This document shows positions 30,050 through 39,498 of a DNA stretch of 60,718 nucleotides, piece after piece (position 1 is the first letter of the stretch; each line of letters begins with the position of its first letter). Both the position numbers and the translations under genes were made by a program. This DNA comes from an uncultured Coriobacteriaceae bacterium (GTDB lineage Bacteria > Actinomycetota > Coriobacteriia > Anaerosomatales > CAZWGV01), in contig CAZWGV010000003.1 of NCBI GenBank assembly GCA_964633595.1, forward strand, positions 1 through 60,718, given 5' to 3'. The notes under the pieces were generated by a model. That model saw nothing but the letters and a program-made list of their open reading frames with translations, was not told the origin of the DNA and did not search any database.

Positions 30050-30790
30050 CTATTCGGGGCTCGCAGCTTTGGATATCACGTCTTCGGCCACCTGGCGCTC
30101 CTCGGCCGAGAGGTCCGCGTCCTCGAGAAGCTCGGGTCGCAACAGAGCAGTGCGCCGCACCGCCTCGAGACGCCGCCAACGCCGTATCCGTGCGTGGTCG
30201 CCGCTCAACAGCACATCAGGAACGTGCAGGTCTCGATAGGTCGCGGGGCGAGTGTACTGCGGATACTCAAGGAGGCCCCACGTGAAGGACTCCTCCGATG
30301 TGGAGTCCTCGTCGCCGAGCACACCCGGCAGCAGCCGTACCACTGCGTCCGTAACGACCATTGCGGCGAGTTCTCCGCCGGTGAGCACGTAGTCTCCGAT
30401 CGAGAGCACGCAGTCCGCGAGTTCGCGAACCCGCTCGTCTACACCCTCGTATCGGCCGCAGAGGAGGATCAGCCGCTCCCTCTCGGCCAACTCGGCAGCT
30501 TTGGCCTGGTCGAACCTGGGCGCGTCCGGGGCGAGGAGGATCACGTGGGCGTTGGGTCCTTCGGCGCGCAGCGAGTCCAGAGCGGCAAAGAACGGCTCGG
30601 GCTTCATCACCATGCCCGGACCGCCCCCGAAGGGATAATCATCGGTCGTTCGGTGGCGATCGGTTGTCCAGTCGCGCAGTTCGTGGATGCGCAGTTCGAG
30701 GATGCCGCGGTCCCTGGCGATGCCGATCATCGAAGCCGAGAGCGGCGCCTCGAAGACCTCTGGGAGAATGCTGACGATGTCGATCCGCAT
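30050..30790 (-). CDS. trmD: tRNA (guanine37-N1)-methyltransferase
   Basis: 246 aa starting MRIDIVSILPEVF, with YEGVDERV and SIGDYVLTGGELAAM (SPOUT knot). Confidence 0.96.
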   Translation of the reverse strand: MRIDIVSILPEVFEAPLSASMIGIARDRGILELRIHELRDWTTDRHRTTDDYPFGGGPGMVMKPEPFFAALDSLRAEGPNAHVILLAPDAPRFDQAKAAELAERERLILLCGRYEGVDERVRELADCVLSIGDYVLTGGELAAMVVTDAVVRLLPGVLGDEDSTSEESFTWGLLEYPQYTRPATYRDLHVPDVLLSGDHARIRRWRRLEAVRRTALLRPELLEDADLSAEERQVAEDVISKAASPE

Positions 30791-30798
30791 CGGCTCTC

Positions 30799-31326
30799 CT
30801 ATACCTCCCGCTCGTCCACGAGCCCGGGTGGCAGCTCGACATCCGCCAGGCGCGACTCCCAGTCCACATGGAGAACGACGGTGTCGATCACTGGGATGAG
30901 GACTTGTCCGAGCGGCCCGCCGCCGAGCACCCAGACGTCGCTGGTGCCTGTGACGATGACCTCGCGCACCTCGCCGAGATCGCCGAGCTTCCCGTCTCTG
31001 ACCGCAAGGCCGACTGGGTCGGGTAACTCGTCGTGCGACCAGCCGACTGGCAGATCCTCCGGCCTGACGAGCAGGTCTGCCCCCACTAGTGAGCGAGCCG
31101 TGTGAAGGTCGTTCACGCCCGCGAGGGTCAGTAATGGCCCCTTGGGTCCGCGGCGGACGGAACGGATGGCTGTGTGGCGAACGCCTTCAGGAGGCGGTAC
31201 GACCCACACCTCGGTGTCTGGTGCGAACTCGAAGTTGCCGTCAGACGCTGGGGAAACCGAGACCTCGCCGCGCAAGCCGTGTGTTCTCATCACCCGCCCG
31301 ATAGGCACGAACGCCGGACAGTCCAC
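30799..31326 (-). CDS. rimM: 16S rRNA processing protein RimM
   Basis: FVPIGRVMRTHGLRGEVSV N-terminus and a PRC-barrel C-terminus. The GTG at 31326 lies 4 nt after the KH-protein stop. The TTG at 31368 (track start) would overlap the upstream gene by 38 nt. Confidence 0.85.
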   Translation of the reverse strand: MDCPAFVPIGRVMRTHGLRGEVSVSPASDGNFEFAPDTEVWVVPPPEGVRHTAIRSVRRGPKGPLLTLAGVNDLHTARSLVGADLLVRPEDLPVGWSHDELPDPVGLAVRDGKLGDLGEVREVIVTGTSDVWVLGGGPLGQVLIPVIDTVVLHVDWESRLADVELPPGLVDEREV

Positions 31327-31330
31327 GCGG

Positions 31331-31582
31331 CTATCCCAGAACGTCGACGTCCACCCGAGTGCCGTCAACAGATCCGGCGGCCCGAGCCAGGGTGCGCAGC
31401 GCCTTGATGATCCGCCCTTGCCGCCCGATCACCTTGCCGACGTCGTCGGGGTGCACGGAGATCTCGTACGCCACACCATCTGTGCTGTCGCGACGAGCGA
31501 CGCTGACCGAGTCGGGCTCGTCGACCAGCGCTGTCACGACGTAGCGTACGAGGGCTTCGGTATCGGACGTCCTGGTGACCAC
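31331..31582 (-). CDS. KH-domain RNA-binding protein (YlqC/UPF0109 family)
   Basis: 83 aa with HPDDVGKVIGRQGRIIKALRTL (GXXG KH loop). It occupies the conserved position between rpsP and rimM. Confidence 0.85.
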   Translation of the reverse strand: MVTRTSDTEALVRYVVTALVDEPDSVSVARRDSTDGVAYEISVHPDDVGKVIGRQGRIIKALRTLARAAGSVDGTRVDVDVLG

Positions 31583-31591
31583 GGCGGCCCC

Positions 31592-32134
31592 CTACGATTC
31601 CTCGTCTTGAGGAGCGTCCTCTTCAGCGGCGGCATCCTCTGGGGTGTCCTCCGCGGTGTCCGCGGCAGGCTCAGCCTCCTCAGCGACTTCGACCTCGTCA
31701 GCGGCAACGGTCTCAGCCGAGCTCTCCTCGGGGGCCTCCGCCCGTGCCTCTTCCTCAGGAGCCTCCTCAGCTGCGGGAGCCTCCTCGGCTGGCGGCGCCT
31801 CAGCTGCGGGAGCCTCGGCCTTCTTCTCTGCGGCGATCGCCTTCTCGCGTGCCTTCTTCGAGGGTCGAGCCGCCTCCTCAGGAGCGCTCGCCTCAGGGTT
31901 CTCGGCTATCGCGAGCAACTTGGCCACAGCCTCGGTCGGCTGCGCGCCCTTCGCGATCCACCCCTTCACCTTCTCGACGTCCATCTCGATGGTGGACGGG
32001 TGGGTACGCGGGTTGTAGCGGCCGAGGATCTCGATGAACCGGCCGTCGCGCGGGGCTCTCGAGTCGGCGGCGACGATGCGATAGAAGGCCGCCTTCTTGC
32101 CGCCTGCGCGAGCTAGTCGGATCTTCACTGCCAA
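31592..32134 (-). CDS. rpsP: 30S ribosomal protein S16 with an acidic Ala/Glu/Pro-rich C-terminal extension of about 95 aa
   Basis: TTG start gives [49 protein letters not shown] lies upstream. Confidence 0.95.
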   Translation of the reverse strand: MAVKIRLARAGGKKAAFYRIVAADSRAPRDGRFIEILGRYNPRTHPSTIEMDVEKVKGWIAKGAQPTEAVAKLLAIAENPEASAPEEAARPSKKAREKAIAAEKKAEAPAAEAPPAEEAPAAEEAPEEEARAEAPEESSAETVAADEVEVAEEAEPAADTAEDTPEDAAAEEDAPQDEES

Positions 32135-32192
32135 CAGTCCACCTCCGAACCGAGCGGCGGAAGCCTCCGCCGCGGGGACGACACGGGCGCTA

Positions 32193-32221
32193 ATGATAGG
32201 CCATAGGCCGCACTAGGTCAA
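32193..32221 (-). promoter_or_regulatory. sigma70-type promoter for the rpsP-KH-rimM-trmD operon
   Basis: Minus strand reads TTGACC, a 17-nt spacer, then TATCAT. The leader then contains a perfect 8-bp hairpin, GCGGCGGA-GGCU-UCCGCCGC, before the SD. Confidence 0.6.
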
Positions 32222-32248
32222 AGACCTGCGATCAGGCCTTGCGCCTGC

Positions 32249-33589
32249 TCAGAAGGGTAGCCGCATCCCGGGGATACCCTTGCCTCGACGACCCTTCCCC
32301 GTTGCCTTACCGAACTGCCGCATCATCTTCTGGACCTGGGCGAACTGCTTGAGGAGCTGGTTGACATCGAAGACGGCCACCCCAGCCCCGGCCGCGATGC
32401 GCTGACGCCTTGACCCGTTGATGATCGACGGCTTGCGCCGCTCGCTCGGAGTCATCGACCTGACAATGGCAGCCACGCGATCGAGCGCCTTCTCGTCGAT
32501 GGGCACGTCGCGGAGTGCCTTGCCGGGCGCTCCGGGCAGCATCGAGACGATATCGCGCAAGGAGCCCATCTTGCGGACCTGTTGCAGCTGGGAGAGGAAG
32601 TCGTCCAGCGTGAACTCGGCTCCGGTGATGGCGCGCTCGAGGCCAGAAGCGGCCTCGGCATCAACGGCCTGCTCGGCCTTCTCGATCAGCCCCACCACGT
32701 CACCCATGCCGAGAATGCGCTTGGCCATCCGATCAGGGTGGAAGACCTCGATGGAGTCGGGCCGCTCCCCCACCGAGGCGAACTTCACCGGCTTGCCCGT
32801 CACAGCCTTGACCGAGAGCGCCGCCCCGCCCCGGGCATCGCCGTCCAGCTTGGTGAGAACGACGCCGTCGAAGTCGAGTCGCTCGGCGAAAGTCCCGGCT
32901 ACATTCACGGCGTCTTGGCCGGTCATCGAGTCGACCACCAGAAGGATCTGGTCGGGGCGCACCGCGTCCCTGATCGCTACGGCCTCCCGCATCATCCCCT
33001 CGTCGATGTGCAGCCTGCCAGCCGTGTCGAGTATCACCGTGTCCTTCATCATGGCGACCGCCTGCTTCACCCCATCTGTCGCTATCTGGACCGGGTCCGA
33101 GGAGTCCTGAACGAATACGGGGATGTCTATCTCGCTCCCCAGGGTCTCGAGCTGGTGGATCGCGGCGGGACGGTGGACGTCGCACGCGACGAGCAGCGGG
33201 TGCCGCCCGCGTCCGCGCAGGAGCGCAGCGAGCTTGGCAGCAGCCGTGGTCTTGCCCGAACCCTGCAGGCCCACCAGCATGACCACTGCGGGGACTCGGC
33301 CCGTCAGCACGAGGTCGGACGCCGTCCCGCCCATGAGTGCCGTGAGTTCCTCCACGACGATCTTCACGACGGTCTGCCCGGGCGTAAGACTGGCGGCGAC
33401 CTCCTGACCCACCGACCGCTCACGCACTCGGGCAACGAAGTCCTTCACTACCCCGAAGTTCACGTCGGCCTCGAGGAGTGCCAGACGCACCTCTCGCATG
33501 GCGGCGTCGACATCTTCCTCTCGGAGCCTGCCCCGGCCTGTGAGCTTCCCGAGCGCAGACTGAAGGCGCTCGGCCAAGTTCTGGAACAT
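32249..33589 (-). CDS. ffh: signal recognition particle protein Ffh
   Basis: 446 aa with an NG domain (GLQGSGKTTAAAKLA, DTAGR, TKLDGDARGG) and a Met-rich M domain. Confidence 0.97.
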   Translation of the reverse strand: MFQNLAERLQSALGKLTGRGRLREEDVDAAMREVRLALLEADVNFGVVKDFVARVRERSVGQEVAASLTPGQTVVKIVVEELTALMGGTASDLVLTGRVPAVVMLVGLQGSGKTTAAAKLAALLRGRGRHPLLVACDVHRPAAIHQLETLGSEIDIPVFVQDSSDPVQIATDGVKQAVAMMKDTVILDTAGRLHIDEGMMREAVAIRDAVRPDQILLVVDSMTGQDAVNVAGTFAERLDFDGVVLTKLDGDARGGAALSVKAVTGKPVKFASVGERPDSIEVFHPDRMAKRILGMGDVVGLIEKAEQAVDAEAASGLERAITGAEFTLDDFLSQLQQVRKMGSLRDIVSMLPGAPGKALRDVPIDEKALDRVAAIVRSMTPSERRKPSIINGSRRQRIAAGAGVAVFDVNQLLKQFAQVQKMMRQFGKATGKGRRGKGIPGMRLPF

Positions 33590-33651
33590 GCGGTCAGTCT
33601 CCTTGGTGTGTAGAGGGAGCGACAGGGCCCAGGGTCAGTACCCTAGGAGCC

Positions 33652-34206
33652 TCAGCGCTCGCGGTCAATCCGCCTGATGCGGTCGATCGGGGCGAACACG
33701 GCGACAACCCGGCCCTTCACGCGCTCGTGCGGCACAGGCCCCATCTCCCGCGAATCGAACGATGCCGGTCGGTTGTCCCCGAGGAGGAACAGCTCACCAG
33801 GCGGCACCCGTACCTCGACACCAGTGGGAGCCGTATACGAAATCCTGAGTGGGCGGTCTGTCGGCTCGGCCTGGCCGTTCACCCACACGCGATCGCCCGC
33901 GACGAGTACGACGTCGCCCGGCAAGCCGATGACACGCTTCACTACGTCGTCCCCCTCGTCGTAGAGCTCCGCAGGCTCGAATACCACGATGTCCCCGTGG
34001 CGAAGGTCTGCATAGCCGCGGGTAGTGAGCAGACGATCCTCAGGTTTGAGGGTGGGCAGCATCGAAGGACCCGCGACCAACGCTGCACGCCACACCACGA
34101 AGAAGACGGTGACAAGGGCAAAGAGAAGCAGCGTGAGTGGTATGAGCAACAGTGCGGCGGGCCGGTCCTTGTCGGGTGCCCGGCCGGGGATCGGCTCGTG
34201 AGTCAC
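33652..34206 (-). CDS. lepB: signal peptidase I (second copy)
   Basis: 184 aa with a TM segment, GPSMLPTL (Ser box), VKRVIGLPGD (Lys box) and GDNRPASFDSR. GTGA overlap with the ftsY stop. Confidence 0.88.
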   Translation of the reverse strand: MTHEPIPGRAPDKDRPAALLLIPLTLLLFALVTVFFVVWRAALVAGPSMLPTLKPEDRLLTTRGYADLRHGDIVVFEPAELYDEGDDVVKRVIGLPGDVVLVAGDRVWVNGQAEPTDRPLRISYTAPTGVEVRVPPGELFLLGDNRPASFDSREMGPVPHERVKGRVVAVFAPIDRIRRIDRER

Positions 34207-35123
34207 TCAGGGCCTGTCCCGATCAGAGCGCGGGCGAACTCGCCAGCGTGAAAGGGTCGGAGGTCGTCGACGCCCTCCCCGACGCCGGCCCTGAGGATGG
34301 GTACCCCCAGCTCGCCGACGATCGCAACGGCGATGCCGCCCTTCGCCGTGCCGTCCAGCTTCGTTAGCGCCACACCGTCCACGCCAACGGATTCGCTGAA
34401 GCGCCGCGCCTGGACCAGCCCGTTCTGCCCAGTGGTAGCGTCCATCACGAGCAAGACGCGCACGGGATGCGGACTCTCGCGCTCGGCTACTCGGCGGACC
34501 TTGCACAGCTCGTCCATCAGGTCAGCGCTGGTGTGCAGGCGTCCCGCCGTGTCCAGCAGGATGAGGTCCGCTCCGATCTCGGCGGAGTGCACGACGGTGT
34601 CGTACGCCACGGCCGCAGGATCGCCTCCCCGCTCGGAACGGACGAGGGGAACGCCGGTTCGATCCGCCCACACCTCCAGTTGCTCTATGGCGGCTGCCCT
34701 GAAGGTGTCCCCCGATCCAAGGACCACACGGCGACCAGCGTCGACGGCCTCCTTGGCCAGCTTGCCCACGGTAGTTGTCTTGCCGGTTCCGTTGACCCCG
34801 ACGACGAGGACCATCGCGGGACCGTCGGAGAGAAAGTCCTCCGCGTCGACCGATAGAGCCTGCGCTATGTCCTCGGCCAGATGTTCGACGACCGCTGCGG
34901 CGTCCGGGAGGGCGAGGCGCGCGGCCGAATCCTTCGCTCGCTCCACGATACTGGTGGCTGAGCCAACCCCCATATCCCCGGCGATCAGGATCTCCTCGAG
35001 TTCGAGCCAGAACCCTTCGTCGAGGTCGGGCCCCTTGCGCAGTAGCACATTGAGCTGGCCTGTCAGCTGGTCTCTGCTCTTGGTGAGACCCTCGGACAGC
35101 CTCCTATACCACGGCGTGTTCAC
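34203..35123 (-). CDS. ftsY: signal recognition particle receptor FtsY
   Basis: 306 aa with an NG domain (GVNGTGKTTTVGKLA, DTAGRLH, TKLDGTAKGG). The GTG start overlaps the smc 3' end by 20 nt. Confidence 0.95.
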   Translation of the reverse strand: MNTPWYRRLSEGLTKSRDQLTGQLNVLLRKGPDLDEGFWLELEEILIAGDMGVGSATSIVERAKDSAARLALPDAAAVVEHLAEDIAQALSVDAEDFLSDGPAMVLVVGVNGTGKTTTVGKLAKEAVDAGRRVVLGSGDTFRAAAIEQLEVWADRTGVPLVRSERGGDPAAVAYDTVVHSAEIGADLILLDTAGRLHTSADLMDELCKVRRVAERESPHPVRVLLVMDATTGQNGLVQARRFSESVGVDGVALTKLDGTAKGGIAVAIVGELGVPILRAGVGEGVDDLRPFHAGEFARALIGTGPE

Positions 35124-38100
35124 TGCTCGCCTCTAGCGCGGCCGCCGACCTGTCCAGCCGCTGCGAGACGACCTTGCTAACGCCGTCGGCGTGCATCGAC
35201 ACCCCATACAAGACGTCCGCCATCTCCATCGTGCGCCGCTGGTGCGTGACGACCACGAACTGAGTACGCGAACGAAGGCTGTCCACGAAGGCGATGAACC
35301 GGCGAAGATTCACGTCATCAAGAGCGGCCTCGACTTCGTCGAGCACATAGAAGGGGCAAGGTCGCGTGCGGTAGACAGCGAAGAGCAGGGCAAGCGCTGT
35401 GAGCGACTTCTCCCCACCCGACATGAGGGTCATCTTGGAGAGCCTCTTGCCCAGTGGTTGCGCTACCACCTCTACCCCAGTTGACTCAGGATCATCCGGT
35501 TCGGTGAGCGCCAACGAAGCGCGACCTCCGGGGAAGAGTACCGAGAAGACCTCCTGGAAGTGCGAGTCCACCTGCTCGAACGTCTCAAGGAAGCGGTCGC
35601 GCATCTTCCGGTCGATAGCGCCGATGATCCTCTGTATGGCACTCCGGCTCGCGGCAACGTCATCTACCTGGGCCCCTATGAAGTCTCGGCGGGACTTGAG
35701 CGCTTCGTACTCCTGAAGAGCTGCGGCATTCACGGGTCCTATCCCGTCGATGCGGTCACGAATCTTCCGGCACTCGGCGATGGTGCTGTCACGGTCCTCC
35801 AGGGGCGGGTTGTCGAGGGCACGCTCCAGCGGGACGCCCAGCTCCTCGACTATGCGCTCCGCTGCCGAGCGGACCTGTATCTCCAGCTGGGCCTTCTCCA
35901 CCTGTGTGGCGCCTCTCGTCCCGACATGCTCCTCGAGCTCTCCCTGAAGTGAGCGGATCGCGTCCTGCACCTCGTGGATGGTTCCACGTAGCGACTCCGA
36001 GTCCGCCCGCTCGAGACTCGCCCTGTCGCGCAGTTTCGCTCCCCAGTGTTCGGCGCGCTCGAGCATCGAGTCGTACAGGGCGTGCAGCGGCTCGATCCTA
36101 TCGCGGAGCAGCTCAAGCGCCTCTTCGGTGGCGGCTGACTGCTCGACGGCCTCATCCAGCTCCTTGACCTCAGCCGAGAGCGCCGCGTGGTTCCGCTTCA
36201 GGTGCACTTCGCGCTCGGAGACGGTCGCGATCTCCACCTGACACGCCGCCAGTCGCTCGGCGACGGTGTTCTCGTCCCGGAGCAGAACGTCACGCTCGTC
36301 ACGGCGCGCGTGTACCGTCTCGTCGAGTTCGCTTTCCCGGGAGACGAGCTCGTTGATCGCGCGTTGGGCGGACTCCCGTCCGGGCCGCTCCTTCTCCAGG
36401 CGAGACCCCACTTCCGCCAGCCGGCCAGCGACGCTTCGCTCGTCTTCGTCAGCCGAGTTGAGCGCCGCCTCCAGCCGTCCGATCTCGGCGGCCAGCGACT
36501 CCCTCTCGCCCGTCATGGCTGCCGCACGCTGGCCGAGCTCGAATGAGTCCTGTTGCGCCGCGTCCAGTGCCGCCTCGGCCTCCCCAAGAGCGGCCTCTGC
36601 CTCTCCTACCGTGAAGGAAAGGGCGTCGGCCTCATCTCGGAGCTCGTTCGCCCTGCGCTTGCGCGTCAACACTCCTGTGACTGGGTCTTGCATCGGGCCG
36701 AGAGTGATCTTGCCCGTGGGCCAGACGATCTCTCCTGAGCGCGTGGCGAACCTGGAAGCGCTCCCATCCTCCCGCGCGGCTTTCAGAGCTTCGTCCAGGG
36801 TGTCCACAACGTATACGTCACCTATCAGAGCCTCGATCGCCGAGCGGGCCTTCTCCTCGCAAAGGATCCCGTCGGCGAGTCGTACGCCCGCGGCGGCGGG
36901 AACCGAGTGCCGTGCTGGGACCTGGTCGACGGGCATGATGGTCACGTCTCCCGCGGAGTTCCGCCGCAAGACGTCGGCGACACGCTCGGCCGCTTTGCCG
37001 TCCTCGACCAGAAGCGCGAACAGGTCACCCCCGAGGGCGTGTTCCACGAGCCTCTCGACCTCCGGGTTTGCCTGAACGTGTTCCACCAGCGGCCCGATGA
37101 GGCCGGGCAGGTCGCGCTCTCTCGACATCGCCCACGCCAGGGCAGGCGACGCCGACTCGAAGGCGCGAGTGACCTCTTCAAGACCCCGAACCTCCGCGCG
37201 GACTCCTGCCAGCTGCTCCCTGCGTTCGGCGAGTTCGCGCTTGCGCGACTCCACGACACGCACTCGCTTGTCGACCTCCGCGTGGGCGAGCGCGCTCTCC
37301 TTGCGCCCCATTGAGAGGGCGTCGTCCACCTGTTCGAGCCTGGAGCGCCGACCGGACAGGGATGTCACGATCGAGGAGCGCTGCTGGCGGACGGAGTCAG
37401 CGCGCTCGCGCAAGAGCCCTTCCTCGAGCGAGAGCGAGGACAGCGCTTGCTCAAGGTTCGCGGCATCGGTCCTCGCGTCCTCGATCTCCTTCTTGGTGCG
37501 CCGCAGCAGACCGTTGGCGTCGTTCAGGGCTTCCTCGGCGGCAAGGCGGCGCTTCTTGGCGGCTTCTGCCTCCTTGCGGAGTTCGCCGAGTCTTGAGTAG
37601 AGCGCCTTCAGCCGGGAGTCGGTCTCGCGCCGATCCCCGACGATGGACTCCAGCTCCGCCGCCCGCTTGGCTCGACGGTTCTCCGTCTGGTGCATCTTCG
37701 CCCGGAGGTCTGACAGTCGGTCGACGAGGTTCTTGCCTTTCTCCTCAAGAAGCAGTAGCCCGGCGTTGAGGCGCTCGAGTATGGACTGCATCCGACGTCG
37801 CTGCTCCGAGATGTCACCGACGAACAGGCCCTTCTCCTCGAGCACCGACTGGAACTTCGTGAGATCTTGCTCCTTCTCCGACAGGCGGAAGCGCAGAATC
37901 TCTACCTCGGCGTCCTCCTCCCGCTCTCTCTTCTCAACCGCGTCCCAGTCGGCCTGCAGCGCCCCAAGCTCGTCTGCCGCAAGGGACACCTCCAGCTCAT
38001 GCAGTCGCTGCGCGAACTCGGCATGTCGCGCCGCGCGGCCGGCCTGTCGCTCTAGCGGCCTGAGCTGACGGTCTATCTCGCCGAGCACGTCGCGCACCCT

Positions 38101-38667
38101 CTGGAGGTGCGTGTCCAGAGCGGTGAGCTTGCGCATCGCTCTCTCGCGCCGCCGCTTGTGCTTCAGCACCCCGGCGGCTTCCTCGATCAGAGCTCTTCTA
38201 TCCTCAGGCCGGGAGTTCAGGACTTCATCGATCCGACCCTGACTGATGATCGAGTGCGTATCGCGTCCGAGTCCCGTGTCGTGCAGCAGTTCCTGGATGT
38301 CCATGAGCCTGCAGGGAGACTGGTTCAGGAGGTACTCGCTCTCGCCGCTCCTGTACATGCGACGCGCGACCGTGACCTCGGAGAACTCGAGTGGCAGGCG
38401 ACCGTCGGAGTTGTCGAGTACCAGCTCGACCTCGGCCACGCCCACTGCCTGACGCCCAGCAGAGCCGGCGAAGATGACGTCCTCCATCGCCTGGCCACGC
38501 AGGGCCTTGGCGGATTGTTCGCCGAGAACCCACAGCACCGCGTCGGCGATGTTGGACTTGCCGGACCCGTTGGGCCCAACTACCACCGTCACTCCCGGCT
38601 CGAAGGCGAGCTGGCTGCGGTCGGCGAAGGACTTGAAACCCCTCAGCGTGACCGATCTCAGATGCAC
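35104..38667 (-). CDS. smc: chromosome segregation protein SMC
   Basis: 1187 aa with N-terminal Walker A GPNGSGKSNI, long coiled coils, a hinge, and the C-terminal signature LSGGEKSLTALALLFA plus Walker B FYVLDEVEAALD. Confidence 0.97.
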   Translation of the reverse strand: MHLRSVTLRGFKSFADRSQLAFEPGVTVVVGPNGSGKSNIADAVLWVLGEQSAKALRGQAMEDVIFAGSAGRQAVGVAEVELVLDNSDGRLPLEFSEVTVARRMYRSGESEYLLNQSPCRLMDIQELLHDTGLGRDTHSIISQGRIDEVLNSRPEDRRALIEEAAGVLKHKRRRERAMRKLTALDTHLQRVRDVLGEIDRQLRPLERQAGRAARHAEFAQRLHELEVSLAADELGALQADWDAVEKREREEDAEVEILRFRLSEKEQDLTKFQSVLEEKGLFVGDISEQRRRMQSILERLNAGLLLLEEKGKNLVDRLSDLRAKMHQTENRRAKRAAELESIVGDRRETDSRLKALYSRLGELRKEAEAAKKRRLAAEEALNDANGLLRRTKKEIEDARTDAANLEQALSSLSLEEGLLRERADSVRQQRSSIVTSLSGRRSRLEQVDDALSMGRKESALAHAEVDKRVRVVESRKRELAERREQLAGVRAEVRGLEEVTRAFESASPALAWAMSRERDLPGLIGPLVEHVQANPEVERLVEHALGGDLFALLVEDGKAAERVADVLRRNSAGDVTIMPVDQVPARHSVPAAAGVRLADGILCEEKARSAIEALIGDVYVVDTLDEALKAAREDGSASRFATRSGEIVWPTGKITLGPMQDPVTGVLTRKRRANELRDEADALSFTVGEAEAALGEAEAALDAAQQDSFELGQRAAAMTGERESLAAEIGRLEAALNSADEDERSVAGRLAEVGSRLEKERPGRESAQRAINELVSRESELDETVHARRDERDVLLRDENTVAERLAACQVEIATVSEREVHLKRNHAALSAEVKELDEAVEQSAATEEALELLRDRIEPLHALYDSMLERAEHWGAKLRDRASLERADSESLRGTIHEVQDAIRSLQGELEEHVGTRGATQVEKAQLEIQVRSAAERIVEELGVPLERALDNPPLEDRDSTIAECRKIRDRIDGIGPVNAAALQEYEALKSRRDFIGAQVDDVAASRSAIQRIIGAIDRKMRDRFLETFEQVDSHFQEVFSVLFPGGRASLALTEPDDPESTGVEVVAQPLGKRLSKMTLMSGGEKSLTALALLFAVYRTRPCPFYVLDEVEAALDDVNLRRFIAFVDSLRSRTQFVVVTHQRRTMEMADVLYGVSMHADGVSKVVSQRLDRSAAALEASSEHAVV

Positions 38668-38737
38668 GTCCGACCCTTCGTGAGCCGGTTGGCTTTGGAC
38701 GCGCCGCCGCCTGTTTGCGGGCTGGCGGGCGAGTTGG

Positions 38738-38748
38738 ATTCTACCACA
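38738..38748 (-). promoter_or_regulatory. candidate extended -10 promoter upstream of smc
   Basis: Minus strand reads TGTGgTAGAAT, about 70 nt upstream of the smc GTG. No good -35 is present. Confidence 0.4.
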
Positions 38749-38781
38749 GGCACCGCACTCGCTCGGTGAAAGCGGGTATTC

Positions 38782-39498
38782 TTATCGCAGGCCAAGCCGG
38801 TCGAGAGCCTGCGCCGCAGCGTCAGCCTCGGCCTCCTTCTTGGAGCGTCCGACGCCCTGCCCGAGAATGAGGTCCTCCACCCGGACCTCTGCCACGAAAG
38901 TCCGGTCATGCACGGGGCCTATCTCATCGGTTATTCGGTATGCGGGCGCCTTGCCGTTCGACTGCAGGTACTCCTGCAACTCGGACTTGGGGTGCTCCTC
39001 CAATGAGGCCAGCGCCGCAGGGCTCATCTTGCGTCCCAGCACGCGCGCGACGAAGGCCCGCGCGGCCTCAAGTCCGCTGTCTTCGTGGATCGCGCCGACG
39101 ATCGCCTCAAAGCAGTCCTCTAGCGTTGACTCCAAACCCCTGCCCTCGGTAGCCATCTCCCCCGCGCCCAGCAAGACGAGGTCGTCGAGACCGATCTCAC
39201 GGGCTGCGGCAGTCAGCGAGCGGCCGGACACCAGGCCCACCTTCATCTTGGTGAGCTCGCCCTCCGGAAGGTCTGGGAATCGGCGGTACAGCTCTTCGAC
39301 TACGAGGAACCCCAGTACGGCGTCGCCAAGGAATTCGAGTCGCTCGTAGCCCTCGCCCCCCGACTCATCCGTGCGGCTCGGGTGGGTGAGCGCACGCAGC
39401 AGCACCGCACGGTCGCGGAAGCGATGGCCGAGTATCTCCTCGGCGCGCTTGAGGTGGTCGAGCAGGCTTCCGTCCGCAGGTAGAGCCACGAGCTTCAC
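38782..39498 (-). CDS. rnc: ribonuclease III
   Basis: 238 aa with the RNase III signature ERLEFLGDAVL and a C-terminal dsRBD (GPVHDRTF...GVGRSKKEAEADAA). GTGA overlap with fabF. Confidence 0.95.
   Translation of the reverse strand: MKLVALPADGSLLDHLKRAEEILGHRFRDRAVLLRALTHPSRTDESGGEGYERLEFLGDAVLGFLVVEELYRRFPDLPEGELTKMKVGLVSGRSLTAAAREIGLDDLVLLGAGEMATEGRGLESTLEDCFEAIVGAIHEDSGLEAARAFVARVLGRKMSPAALASLEEHPKSELQEYLQSNGKAPAYRITDEIGPVHDRTFVAEVRVEDLILGQGVGRSKKEAEADAAAQALDRLGLR

Noticed and set aside
29420-31105. Very long plus-strand ORFs. Examples: 29420-31105 (561 aa), 11460-13151 (563 aa), 6431-7846 (471 aa), 43482-44804 (440 aa), 1239-2393, 2522-3637, 52..53 kb, and others.
   Set aside because: Each lies antisense to a confidently identified conserved minus-strand gene. 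Their translations are Arg/Ala/Gly/Pro-rich with no recognisable motifs. Such stop-free antisense frames are expected in high-GC DNA.
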